From: a virus
Virus record (IMG/VR): IMGVR_UViG_3300042235_000109
Reading direction: 5' to 3' (one strand)
DNA length: 64,000 nucleotides
The notes under the pieces were generated by a model. It had not been told where the DNA came from, did no database searches, and worked only from the letters and a program-made list of their open reading frames with translations. This document shows positions 9,250 through 18,667 of this stretch, piece by piece. Position numbers and translations under genes: made by a program. The stretch's first letter is position 1; each line of letters starts with the position of its first letter.

Positions 9250-11696
9250 CAGATGCCCCTCTGGCCCAGCGACACCGCGCGGGCAATGTCGGCGGCGACC
9301 TGTGTTCTAGACTGCCGGAAGCTGTCGGCGTCGCGGGCATTGATCGTGACATTGACGGCGGGTGCTGCGGACTGGCCCTGGCCAAAGCCAGCCGCCTCTC
9401 GCCGCGAGAGCACCCGTTCGCCGCGTTGCAGGATCGCCGGAACCTCGTCCGGGCGCAGCCCCGCAAATCCTCCCGCGTGCATGCGTGGCGCACCGGCAAA
9501 GGCCAGAGCCGGGACCATGCGGCCCGGACCCGGCGCGCCGACCACGCCGCCCGCGTGCAGGATATTGGCGAATAAACCGCCCGCGCCGCCCAGCGCGCCG
9601 GAGAGCGCATTGGCGATGGGGCCGAGGATGAAGCGTCGCGCTGCCAGCTTGGCCAGATCGGCAATCATCGAGGTGACCAGATCGCCGAAGTCGAGCTTGC
9701 CAGTCTTGACGAAATTGCCCACGGCATTCTCGGCGCTCTGGAAGGCCCCGACCAGTGCCTGACCTATATCGCCGCCAATGTCGCGGGCCTTGGTGGCATA
9801 GTCGGCCAGCGTGGCGGTGACGGCGGCCCAGCCGGTCAGGGCGGTTTTTGCCCCCTCAGCGGTCGCTGTCCCGGCCGCGCGGCCAGCAGCCCCGGCACCC
9901 CCGGCGGCACGGCCCGTTCCGTCCAGTTCCTCGCCCAGCGCGGCTGCTGCGGCGGCGGCCGCGGCCAGCGCGGCTTCGGCCTCTGCCCCGCTGTCGGTCA
10001 TGGCATCGCGCAGCGCCTGCAGGCTGGCGAGCGGTCGCCCGGCGGCATCGGCCAGCATGCCCGCCGCCTCGCGGAACCCATCGGCGCGGGCGCGGGCATC
10101 CTCGGCCATCGCGCCAAGGCCGAGGTCGGGTGGCTCCAGGAAGCTACGCGACAGCGCGGCCGAAAAGGCATCGGCCGCAGCGGTCCCGGCAGCGGTGGCC
10201 GCCCCTTCAAACGGGTTGCCGATCCGACCCAATCCGACAGGATCGAGCGTGCCGATCCGCACACCGCCCTCACCGGTGGCCCATTCCGGCAGCAGCGCCA
10301 GCGCCGCGTTCAGGCCGTTGATGAAGCGGTTGATGCGGGTGACGACGCCGTTCAGCATCGCCTCGACGCCAGAAATCAACCCGTTTGCAGCCTGGAAGGC
10401 GAAGTCGCCGATGGCACCGGGCAGTCCGCCCCAGATCGCCACGGCGGCATCAAAGGCCCCCTGAAAGATCGCCGCCGTCCGGTCGCCAAAGCTTACGACG
10501 CCCGCGATGGTGCCCTCAAGTGCTGAAAGGCCGGACGCCTTCAGCTCCTCCCAGCCCGCCGCCATGTTGGCAAGGGCTGCGTCGAGCGCCAATCCCATGC
10601 GGGACCAGACCTCTTTGGCCAGATCCCCCAGCAGCCGGACCGCCTCGCCCACGCCGCCCGCGCCCGCGACCAGCCTTGTGAACTGGAACACCAGCTCGCC
10701 CGCGCCCACAATCAGCGCGCCGATCCCGGTGCGGATCAGGGCTCCACGCAGCACGACCAGTGCCGTGGCCAGCCCGCGCACCGAGAGCGCCGCCGCTGCC
10801 AGCCCGGCCACCCAGCGCCCGGCCATGACGCCCGCAAAGGTGGCGGCGATGGACGTCAGCCGACCGATGTTGTCAAAAAGCGCCTTGATCGCGGTCCCCA
10901 GCGGCCCGGTGGTGCGCGCGACGGCGGCCAGCGCATTGGCCACCGCCTCCAGCGCCGGGGCCGCCGCCACCGCCAGCTGGTTCGAGACCCCGCGCCAGAT
11001 CAGCCCCAGCCGCGAGATCGCATCATTGGTGCGCTGGATCTGGCTGGCGTCAGCCTCCGAGACCACCACCCCGAAATCCTGCACATCCGCCGTCGCTTGC
11101 CGCAGCGTCGCCGTGTCGATCCGGGTGAACACCAATGCGGCCCGGTCGCCAAAGAGCTGCGAGGCCACGGCGGCGCGCTCGGCCTCTGGGATAAACTCGC
11201 CCAACGCCTCCTGAATGGTGGCGATGCGTTGATCCAGCGGCAGGCGTTGCAGATCCTCGGCCGAGAGCCGCAGGCGACGCAGGGCGTCCACGGCGGGGCC
11301 AGCCCCGGCAGCCGCCTGGCTCAGCCGCCGTGTCAACTGCACGGTGGCCTGTTCGACCTGACCCATCGACACGCCCGCCAGATCGCCCGCGCGTTCCAGC
11401 ACCTGAATGCTGGCCACGGTCGTGCCGAGCGAGGCCGCGAGCTTGGCCTGCGCATCCACCGTTTGCAGCCCCGAGCGGATCATCGCGGCCCCCGCAGCGG
11501 CCAGTGCGGCCGTGGCGGCAGCGGCCGCCAGCGTGGCGCGGCGGGCAAAGGCGGCGACGCGGGCATTGGCCAGATCCATCTCGCGCGACAGGCGACCGAA
11601 GCCGCGCGCGCCAGCCGCGCCCACACCCTCGAGCTCGGCGCGCACCTGGCGGCCGCCCTCCGCCACGAGACGGACGGATACGCGTTTCTCAGCCAT
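9249..11696 (-). CDS. Tail tape measure protein
   Basis: 815 aa, Ala/Gly-rich, between chaperones and distal tail gene; HAGG repeats near C-terminus. Confidence 0.9.
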   Translation of the reverse strand: MAEKRVSVRLVAEGGRQVRAELEGVGAAGARGFGRLSREMDLANARVAAFARRATLAAAAATAALAAAGAAMIRSGLQTVDAQAKLAASLGTTVASIQVLERAGDLAGVSMGQVEQATVQLTRRLSQAAAGAGPAVDALRRLRLSAEDLQRLPLDQRIATIQEALGEFIPEAERAAVASQLFGDRAALVFTRIDTATLRQATADVQDFGVVVSEADASQIQRTNDAISRLGLIWRGVSNQLAVAAAPALEAVANALAAVARTTGPLGTAIKALFDNIGRLTSIAATFAGVMAGRWVAGLAAAALSVRGLATALVVLRGALIRTGIGALIVGAGELVFQFTRLVAGAGGVGEAVRLLGDLAKEVWSRMGLALDAALANMAAGWEELKASGLSALEGTIAGVVSFGDRTAAIFQGAFDAAVAIWGGLPGAIGDFAFQAANGLISGVEAMLNGVVTRINRFINGLNAALALLPEWATGEGGVRIGTLDPVGLGRIGNPFEGAATAAGTAAADAFSAALSRSFLEPPDLGLGAMAEDARARADGFREAAGMLADAAGRPLASLQALRDAMTDSGAEAEAALAAAAAAAAALGEELDGTGRAAGGAGAAGRAAGTATAEGAKTALTGWAAVTATLADYATKARDIGGDIGQALVGAFQSAENAVGNFVKTGKLDFGDLVTSMIADLAKLAARRFILGPIANALSGALGGAGGLFANILHAGGVVGAPGPGRMVPALAFAGAPRMHAGGFAGLRPDEVPAILQRGERVLSRREAAGFGQGQSAAPAVNVTINARDADSFRQSRTQVAADIARAVSLGQRGI

Positions 11697-12012
11697 CGCG
11701 GCCTCCTTCCATCTCTTCGTTGAGTTTGCGCACCATCACCGCCTCGATCTCGGGCAGCAGTTCGGCGGCGATCAGGGGATCAATGCCTAAGCCGCGAGCG
11801 AGGGCCAAAGCCGCGCCCATGTCCCAGCCAAGCACCGCGCCGGGGATCACCCGCAGCTGGCCGCCAAGGCGGCCAACCAGATCCCAGATCTGCCAGCCCT
11901 CCGGCGTTCTTGGCCGGTTCAGTCTTGCGGGGCAGTCGGGGCAGGGTCCGTTGCAGACGGCGCAGTATCGCTCACCCCCGCCGAAGGACCAGTCGGCGAG
12001 GGCGCGGAGACG
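11689..12012 (-). CDS. Tail assembly chaperone T-frame (C-terminal part of G-T frameshift product)
   Basis: Open -1 frame from slippery A AAA AAC (12012-12018) to TGA at 11689, overlapping the tape measure start; not in supplied ORF track. Confidence 0.75.
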   Translation of the reverse strand, partial: RLRALADWSFGGGERYCAVCNGPCPDCPARLNRPRTPEGWQIWDLVGRLGGQLRVIPGAVLGWDMGAALALARGLGIDPLIAAELLPEIEAVMVRKLNEEMEGGRDG

Positions 12013-12356
12013 TTTTTTTCGGCGTCCAGAATGAGGCCCCGCGCGACATAGGAGGTCTGGAACGCCTCAAAGACCGGCCAGATTTCCAGCAGGGCATCGA
12101 TGCCCTCGGGCGTGACCAGCACTGGATTGCCTGCGTCATCGCCCACGCCCTCCCAGTCGAGCACGGAACGGCGGGCGATGGCCTTGGCCATGGCGAGCGC
12201 CAGGTCTTCCTGACTGGCATCCTCGGGCAGGGCCTCGACGGCGGCATCGGCGCGGGCCGACACCATCAGCGCGGTGGTCAGCGGTGCGACCTGCAGGCGC
12301 AGGCCGGGGGCGAGGTCCAGCCATTCGGGCGCGGCGGTCAGGTTCAGGCGGATCAT
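11919..12356 (-). CDS. Tail assembly chaperone (G-like)
   Basis: Position between tail tube and tape measure; VLDWEGVGD motif; slippery site near 3' end. Confidence 0.75.
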   Translation of the reverse strand: MIRLNLTAAPEWLDLAPGLRLQVAPLTTALMVSARADAAVEALPEDASQEDLALAMAKAIARRSVLDWEGVGDDAGNPVLVTPEGIDALLEIWPVFEAFQTSYVARGLILDAEKNVSAPSPTGPSAGVSDTAPSATDPAPTAPQD

Positions 12357-13294
12357 CCGTAGGTCTCCACATCATTGATCAGGGTTGCGGTGCACATTCG
12401 GCCCACCACGGTGTCGTGCGCCGCCTGCCAGTCAAAGGTGGCCTGCACGCCCTGCGGTCCGGAAATCTCGATCCGGGGGCGGGGCAGATAGACAGCATGC
12501 ACGGTGAAGGAGAAGCTTTCGCCCGAGGGGAGCACATAGGCGAAGCTGATCTCGGCAGGATCGCCGTTGATGGCCTGGCTCACCAGCGTGCTGTCGGCAA
12601 AGCGCACCTCGATCCGTCCCGTGAGGGCTGCGATGCTTGGATCGGCCCCGTCGATCCTGCCGTCCGAGCGGATGGTCTCGATCCGGTCGAGATTGTTGGC
12701 ATAGGTGATCTCGGCCGAGACGACATTGCCCAGCGCCGTGCCGTTGCGGCTGATTGCGCCGTTGAAGTGGCCAAACCGTTTCAGCGCCAGATCGGCGGGC
12801 GTGCCTGCGGCGGATGCGGTGGCAATCGCCTCACCCTGCGCCACCAGCCGTGCGGTGGCGGTCAGCAGCCCCGAGCGCTGGACCTGCCAGCTGAGCTGAT
12901 CCAGCACGCAGCCGGAATACATCGCAAAACGTGGCACCTCCGGCATGGCGGTCTCGATCGACATCGAGGGCAGCACCCATGATCCCGACCGGAACTCATG
13001 GGTGAACGGGCCAATCCCGGTGGTGACCGGATCACCAAATGCGGCCTTCAGCCAGAACCCGAAGCCCGCGGCATCGATCGGCACCACAACATCGCCATCC
13101 GCCGTCACCGCGTCCTTGATCGGCGCCAGCGGATCGCGGCCATAACCCAGCAGTTCTGAGTTCAGTAGCGGTTGTTCCGATCCGAGCGAGGTGCTGGCAA
13201 ACGGCATCCTGGTGAAGCCGCCAACCGGCGGGGTGCCGTAAACTGTCTCAAAGCCGAGCGCCATCTGCGCCCGCGCGCCTTGCGCACGTGCCAT
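12353..13294 (-). CDS. Major tail tube protein
   Basis: MARAQGARAQMALGFE.VYGTPP N-terminus; position in tail operon. Confidence 0.8.
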   Translation of the reverse strand: MARAQGARAQMALGFETVYGTPPVGGFTRMPFASTSLGSEQPLLNSELLGYGRDPLAPIKDAVTADGDVVVPIDAAGFGFWLKAAFGDPVTTGIGPFTHEFRSGSWVLPSMSIETAMPEVPRFAMYSGCVLDQLSWQVQRSGLLTATARLVAQGEAIATASAAGTPADLALKRFGHFNGAISRNGTALGNVVSAEITYANNLDRIETIRSDGRIDGADPSIAALTGRIEVRFADSTLVSQAINGDPAEISFAYVLPSGESFSFTVHAVYLPRPRIEISGPQGVQATFDWQAAHDTVVGRMCTATLINDVETYG

Positions 13295-13319
13295 GGGGGT
13301 CTCCTCAATGTTGGGGGTG

Positions 13320-13742
13320 TCAGGCCAGAGGGCCCGTGGTGGAATAGTGCAAAATGACGGTGATCACCGCCGCCTTCAGCGCCGCCGCGCCCTCGACGGG
13401 CAGGTCGATCGAAGCCGGGGCTTCGGGTTCGACCCAGTCGCAGAGGCCGCCGAGGGTGCGGTCGGCCTCCAGCGCCGTGCCGATGCTGGCGATCAGGCTG
13501 TCGAAGGCGCTGGCCCGGCCGGTGCCCGCCTGGACGACCACCTCCAGCTCGGCCCGGTGCTGGTAGTGGTATCGCAAGGGCGACAGCGTCACCTCCGGCT
13601 CACCCGGCTGGCCATCGCGCAGGATGATCAGACCGCCTGCTGGGATCCGTTCGGGCAGCACGTCATCGCGCAGGGTGAGGGCGGCAAGCGGCTGAAGTCG
13701 CGCTAGGAGCGCGGCGAGGATGGCTTCGCGGGTGGTGGGCAT
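13320..13742 (-). CDS. Putative tail terminator / tail completion protein
   Basis: Position upstream of tail tube; ADRTLGGLCDWV motif. Confidence 0.65.
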   Translation of the reverse strand: MPTTREAILAALLARLQPLAALTLRDDVLPERIPAGGLIILRDGQPGEPEVTLSPLRYHYQHRAELEVVVQAGTGRASAFDSLIASIGTALEADRTLGGLCDWVEPEAPASIDLPVEGAAALKAAVITVILHYSTTGPLA

Positions 13743-13784
13743 TCTTTTGTCCATTAGTCAGTGGCCGGATTGAGCCCTCAACGG

Positions 13785-14702
13785 TTATTTACGCCTGTCT
13801 TGGGCTTCGACATTTGGCGAAACGCTCTCGTCACACACCACCGCTCTCAGCCAGTCTCCGAATATCTCGGATAATGAGCCGTTTTTCGGCTTCTGTGCCG
13901 ACAACAGGAAATAGGCGCTGCCATCTGCGCGAAACCCATGCGGTGCGACGAGAAGCCCGTCACGAATATCGCCTTGCACCAGATGCCATGGACCTATGGC
14001 AACGCCCAATCCCGCCACGGCGGCTTGCAGGCTGAAATAGAAATGCTCAAACTCCTGCCCATTGCCGGAGGGACAGGTATCGCCGGTGATCTCTGCCCAT
14101 GTTGTCCAGGCAGATGGCCGGGAGCGTGTATGCAGTATATCCGCAGCTGTGCGTATCCGATCTGCATCGAAGAACACCGCAGCCAGATCAGGACGGCAAA
14201 CCGGCCCAATCTGCTCGTCGAACAGATGCCGCGCAAAGTAAGTCTCTGGCCAGGCGAAGTCGTTGCGGCGGATGGCGAGATCGATACCAGACCCGAGCAA
14301 TACTGGCCCGCCCCCAGCCAGCAGCCGTATATCGGCTTTTGGGTGTTCTGCATGAAACTGCGGCATACGCGGAATGAGCCAGCGCATCAACAGGGTAGGC
14401 TCGCATGAGACGGTGACTGGCGCGTTGGCAAGTTCTGCCTTGATAAGGCGCGCCTCGTCCTCGATTTCTCCCAGGCCCCGCGCAACCACCTGCGCCAGCC
14501 TGCGTCCGGCATCTGTCAGAAAAACCGCACGGTTACGACGCTCGAAAAGGGGTGTGCCCAGATCATCCTCCAGCAGTCGCACTGCACGGCTGACCGCTCC
14601 ATGCGTCAGATTGAGGACGTCTGCCGCTTTGCTGAAACTCTCAACTTCGGCGGCAACCCGAAAGCACGCGAGCGCCGGGAGTGATGTGATGGGCGATCTC
14701 AT
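13785..14702 (-). CDS. LysR-family transcriptional regulator (GcvA-like)
   Basis: SFSKAADVLNLTHGAVSRAVRLLE HTH, LFERRNR, substrate-binding domain. Confidence 0.95.
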   Translation of the reverse strand: MRSPITSLPALACFRVAAEVESFSKAADVLNLTHGAVSRAVRLLEDDLGTPLFERRNRAVFLTDAGRRLAQVVARGLGEIEDEARLIKAELANAPVTVSCEPTLLMRWLIPRMPQFHAEHPKADIRLLAGGGPVLLGSGIDLAIRRNDFAWPETYFARHLFDEQIGPVCRPDLAAVFFDADRIRTAADILHTRSRPSAWTTWAEITGDTCPSGNGQEFEHFYFSLQAAVAGLGVAIGPWHLVQGDIRDGLLVAPHGFRADGSAYFLLSAQKPKNGSLSEIFGDWLRAVVCDESVSPNVEAQDRRK

Positions 14703-14747
14703 ATGTCATCTTTTCTCACACATCCTGTCAGAAGTTATCCGTCTTGG

Positions 14748-15680
14748 TCAAGGGGCGGTTTCGGTCCATGTTCGGTCATCCCTGATGAGAGCGTTGGCGA
14801 GGATCACCAGCTTGCGCATGATGGCCGCGATGGCGAGTTTGGCGGGCTTTCCGGCATCGACGAGGGTGCGATAGGTTTCCGCCAGGTGCAGGTTGTGGCG
14901 GATGGCCACCAGGGCGGGCATGTAAAGCGCGTTGCGCACGCCCCGCCGTCCGCCGCCGATCTTCGAGCGCCCTTTCCACTTGCCGGATTCGCGGGTGATC
15001 GGGGCCAGCCCTGCGAGGCTGGCGGCCTCCTTTGCCTCCATCGTTCCAAGCTCCGGCATCTCGACGATCATGGCGGTTGCGGTGACCGCGCCGATGCCGG
15101 GGATGGAGCGCAGGATCGCCTGGCGCCGGGCAAGCGCGGGAACCTCGGCAATGAGGCGCGCGAGTTCGGCGTCGATCTGCTCGAGCTGGCTGTCCACCTG
15201 GCGCAGGCGGGCGCGGAGCTGGGCCAGGACGACCTTGTTACGCGCGCCCTCCAAGCGGTTGCGGCAGGCGGTGCGATCCTTGTTCAGGGCGCGGCGCGCG
15301 ATGTGCAACTCGCGGATTTCATGCATGGTTTCGCTGCGAACCGGCTTGGCGTCCAGCTCGAGCACCGCCCCCATCCGCGCCAGCATGGCGGCATCGACGC
15401 GGTCGGTCTTGGCGCCTTGGCTGATGGCTTGGGCAAAGCGACGGGCGCGCGTGGGGTTGACCTTGACCAGATCATGACCGGCCGCGCCCAGCACCGCCTC
15501 CAGATCGCGGTGATACCGCCCCGTCGCCTCGTAGACGATCCGGACCGGTGCCTTGCCGATCCAGCGACGCAGGGACGCAAGCCCCGCCTTGTCGCTGCCA
15601 AACCGCTCGTGCCTGCGATCCGAAAGCCGGTGAATGTCGAACGTGTCTTTGGAAATGTCGATCCCGATGGTATCCTGCAT
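14748..15680 (-). CDS. IS110-family DEDD recombinase/transposase
   Basis: IGIDISK, YEATG, KTDRVDA (DEDD); SIPGIG; GLAPITRESG catalytic Ser loop. Confidence 0.95.
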   Translation of the reverse strand: MQDTIGIDISKDTFDIHRLSDRRHERFGSDKAGLASLRRWIGKAPVRIVYEATGRYHRDLEAVLGAAGHDLVKVNPTRARRFAQAISQGAKTDRVDAAMLARMGAVLELDAKPVRSETMHEIRELHIARRALNKDRTACRNRLEGARNKVVLAQLRARLRQVDSQLEQIDAELARLIAEVPALARRQAILRSIPGIGAVTATAMIVEMPELGTMEAKEAASLAGLAPITRESGKWKGRSKIGGGRRGVRNALYMPALVAIRHNLHLAETYRTLVDAGKPAKLAIAAIMRKLVILANALIRDDRTWTETAP

Positions 15681-15689
15681 CGCCTTTCG

Positions 15690-15860
15690 TTCCCTATGCT
15701 TGTCATGCGGGGCAAGGGCGAGCCTTCCCCATGTATCCGTTCAGGTCATGCGAAAGGCAGGGGCGATCCAACTTCTGACCGGTCCGAGAGACCACCGTTT
15801 TTCCGATCCGTCCCCCGCCGCTCTCCGGCATGTGTGAGGTGCCGGAGAGCGGCTCCTGTA
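15690..15860 (-). ncRNA. Putative bridge RNA of the IS110 element
   Basis: 14-bp 5' hairpin (15817-15853), then two internal loops whose segments match the target flanks and the element's own ends. Confidence 0.75.
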
Positions 15861-15953
15861 TCGCACAAGAGCCGGGGGAATCTTAAGACAAGTCATCGTT
15901 TTTACAGCGACTGTTGCCGCGCTAACAGAGGGGAAAATCGAAAGGATACGTCC

Positions 15954-16571
15954 ATGGCCGAATGGCTCGCTGTCATCACCATCACCATCTTCGCCGTCAT
16001 CAGTCCGGGGCCGGACTTCGCCATGGTGTCGCGCAATTCACTGTCGCTTTCCCGTCGTGCAGGCATCTTGACCGCACTCGGCATTGGCGCGGGCGTGCTT
16101 GTCCATGTCAGCTACACGCTGGTGGGCATCGGGGTGTTAATCCGGGAAACACCAGCCTTGTTCGACATTCTAAAGCTGGTTGGCGCGGCTTATCTGGTCT
16201 GGCTCGGGGCAAAAATGCTGTTCAGCCGCAAGGCAGAGGGGCCTGTCACGGGAAACGGAACGGCCCTGTCAGACTTGGGGGCCTTGCGGATCGGTTTCCT
16301 GACAAACGCATTGAACCCAAAGACGACGATCTTCATCGTCAGCTTGTTCATGCAGGTCGTTCAGGCAGACACGCCGCTTGCGACGCGCATCGCCTACGGG
16401 TTGTTCATCTCGCTATCGCACGTGATGTGGTTTTCCGCCGTCAGCTTGTTCTTTGGCGCTCCGCCTATCCAGCAGCGAATTTTCGGTGTGCGTCATTGGA
16501 TCGACCGGACTTTCGGCGTGTTTTTGGTCGGCTTTGGCATCGCATTGGCAGTGACTGATCTTGCGGCTTGA
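15954..16571 (+). CDS. LysE/RhtB-family amino-acid exporter
   Basis: SPGPDF, GAAYLVWLG, GFLTNALNPK motifs; multiple TM helices. Confidence 0.95.
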   Translation: MAEWLAVITITIFAVISPGPDFAMVSRNSLSLSRRAGILTALGIGAGVLVHVSYTLVGIGVLIRETPALFDILKLVGAAYLVWLGAKMLFSRKAEGPVTGNGTALSDLGALRIGFLTNALNPKTTIFIVSLFMQVVQADTPLATRIAYGLFISLSHVMWFSAVSLFFGAPPIQQRIFGVRHWIDRTFGVFLVGFGIALAVTDLAA

Positions 16572-16625
16572 TATTACCAAAGGAAGGCACGGCACGGCCG
16601 ACAGCTGCGTCCCGCAATGCAGACA

Positions 16626-17258
16626 TCAGCCTCCTTTTCTCTCCACCCACTTCGCCACAATCCGCCCCGGCACGCCGTCCACCACCCTCTCCGCATCCCG
16701 CGCCAGATCCAGCCGCTTGCGCAGTTTGACTTGCGGCACCAGCAGGAAGATCGGCACAGTGGTCAGCCCGCGCCCCGTCTTCGAGCGCGACGCCACCGCG
16801 CGACCCTTGGTGTTCAGCCGCCCTTCCGCGACCAGCAAGCTCGGCCCTCGGCGGCGAAAGACAAAGCGCAGCCGCAACCCGGTGCGGCGCTCCCATTCAC
16901 CGGGGGTGATGCGGCCGCCGCGGCTAGATTTCCCGGCCGCCGGAGTGGGGATCGCCAGCCAGAACCCGTCTTTCGACCGGATCAGCGGTCCGGTGTCATG
17001 CGCGCCGATGATGACCGGGGCCTTGGTCCAGACCAGCGCCGCCGCATTCAGGCTCTCGCCCGCCTTCGGGAAGGTCTGGCTCCGGATCGAGTTCGCCAGC
17101 CGCCTCCCCAGCCCCGCGCCGGTGATCTGGCCGCGCCAAGCGGTTTTCAGCCCGGTTCCGGCCTCGCGCATGGCGGCGGTGACGGCCTTCTCACCCGCCT
17201 TTACCTCTGCGGCCATGGCGGCGACGAGGTCCGGCGTGATGTCGAGTTTCAGTTTCAT
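16626..17258 (-). CDS. Neck/tail-completion protein (DUF6441-like)
   Basis: Basic protein in gpZ-like position; VPIFLLVPQVKLRKRL. Confidence 0.6.
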   Translation of the reverse strand: MKLKLDITPDLVAAMAAEVKAGEKAVTAAMREAGTGLKTAWRGQITGAGLGRRLANSIRSQTFPKAGESLNAAALVWTKAPVIIGAHDTGPLIRSKDGFWLAIPTPAAGKSSRGGRITPGEWERRTGLRLRFVFRRRGPSLLVAEGRLNTKGRAVASRSKTGRGLTTVPIFLLVPQVKLRKRLDLARDAERVVDGVPGRIVAKWVERKGG

Positions 17259-17569
17259 GATGGCCGCAGGTCCAGCGACCAGATCAGGCGTTCGCGGTCG
17301 CGGATTGGCTCGCCCTGGATAGTGAAGCTGTCGGTCCCGATCACGATCAGATCGCCGGGGCGGGGATCGGGCAGGTCGGACACGCGGGCGTCCACCATCA
17401 TCGTGTCGCTGACAAAGCGCCCAGCGCCGAACTCGGTGATGCGATCGGGGGCGCGGCGGATGACGCGGATCGGGCGTTCCTCCGAGGTGGTGGCCGAGAT
17501 CCACAGCGCCGCCACCGCCATGGACGGGTTGGCATAGATCCGGTCCATGGCGGTGGCGAAGACGGTCAT
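17255..17569 (-). CDS. Head-tail joining protein (gpFII-like)
   Basis: 104 aa beta-rich, PRPGDLIVIG motif, directly after capsid gene. Confidence 0.7.
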   Translation of the reverse strand: MTVFATAMDRIYANPSMAVAALWISATTSEERPIRVIRRAPDRITEFGAGRFVSDTMMVDARVSDLPDPRPGDLIVIGTDSFTIQGEPIRDRERLIWSLDLRPS

Positions 17570-17587
17570 GATGATTTCCGCCGCTGA

Positions 17588-18610
17588 TCAGTTCGAGCTG
17601 TGAATGCGGATCGCGATGCGCGGCCGCTTGTTCACCGGCAGGATCGAGGCCTCTGTCATCAGGTCGATCCAGCGGCCTTTCTCGTCGAGGTGCTGACGGG
17701 CGTAGAGCGGCAGGCCGAGGGTATTGGCCGCTTCCAGCAGGTTCGCGGGGCCGCCATAGGTGGTGAACGTGTCCATGGTGCCAAGCGGAAAGGCGATGCC
17801 CTCGCTGGCCGGGATCAGGCGTTCGGTGGCCTTGGTCGAGAGAGTGACCGTGCCCGCATACTCCTCGAACACGATGCCTGCGAAGGGGAAGTTGCGCCGC
17901 ACGTCCTGGCGCAAGGGCTGCGCGCCAGTGGCGGCGTAGAACTTGTAGGCCTCCTCGGTCTTGGGATGCGCGATCAGCTTGTCGAAGAATTCCCGGCTGA
18001 CGAGGGCATGCACATCCGTCATGCTTTCGCCCAGCAGGTTGTCCTCCATGGCGCGCAGCACCTCGCGGACCTTGCCCTGCACGTTGGTGCCAGCGGTGCC
18101 CAGCACGAAGTCGACCGAGATCTGTGCGAGGCCAAATTCGGTGAAGTAATTGTAGAGGGTGGTCCCGGCCCCATCCTTCACGATGCCGCGCAGGGCGTTC
18201 ATCTCCATGTATTCTCGGGTCTGGGCGTGCTTGCGGCGCATCAGCTGCAGCTTGCGGTTCATCACTTCGACCAGCGGGTCGGCACCATCGAAGACGCCCA
18301 GCGCGGGCTGGCCCTGAATGTCGCCCGGAAGGATGACGTCATCATGCGGGATCCACGGCAGGGCGAAACTGCGCATCGAGCGCCCCTCGCGCGTGCCGAC
18401 GGTCGCCGGGCCCCCGAGCGGGACGGAGGGCAGCAGGTTCAGCACGCCCTCGTATTGCTCGATGATCACCGATCGTTGGGTGACGCCCTCAAAACGGAAG
18501 AGGCCGATCTGGCCGAGGCGGGTGTAGAGGTTGGGCAGGATGTTGATGGCCTGCGTCATCTCGGCCAGCGAATAGCCGCCAGCGTCAAAGGGATTGCGAA
18601 CGAGGGTCAT
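17588..18610 (-). CDS. Major capsid protein (lambda gpE family)
   Basis: 340 aa after decoration gene; TREYMEMNALRG, F.FAGIVFEEY. Confidence 0.9.
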   Translation of the reverse strand: MTLVRNPFDAGGYSLAEMTQAINILPNLYTRLGQIGLFRFEGVTQRSVIIEQYEGVLNLLPSVPLGGPATVGTREGRSMRSFALPWIPHDDVILPGDIQGQPALGVFDGADPLVEVMNRKLQLMRRKHAQTREYMEMNALRGIVKDGAGTTLYNYFTEFGLAQISVDFVLGTAGTNVQGKVREVLRAMEDNLLGESMTDVHALVSREFFDKLIAHPKTEEAYKFYAATGAQPLRQDVRRNFPFAGIVFEEYAGTVTLSTKATERLIPASEGIAFPLGTMDTFTTYGGPANLLEAANTLGLPLYARQHLDEKGRWIDLMTEASILPVNKRPRIAIRIHSSN

Positions 18611-18667
18611 GGGGTACTCCGGGGGAAGGGGGGAAAGGGTGGCGAGCCAAGCGTCAGAGGTCGTGCG

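Larger units (their letters stand above)
14732..15893 (-). mobile_element. IS110-family insertion sequence (~1.16 kb)
   Basis: Transposase, ~210-nt structured left end, very short right end; AAGT present at both junctions (14732-14735, 15890-15893). Confidence 0.85.

Noticed and set aside
14732..15893. AAGT as a classical target-site duplication
   Set aside because: IS110 elements recombine through a shared core rather than duplicating target, so it is treated as the core region
14703..16571. 622-aa plus-strand ORF
   Set aside because: Antisense shadow of the IS110 transposase running in frame into lysE; real start is ATG 15954
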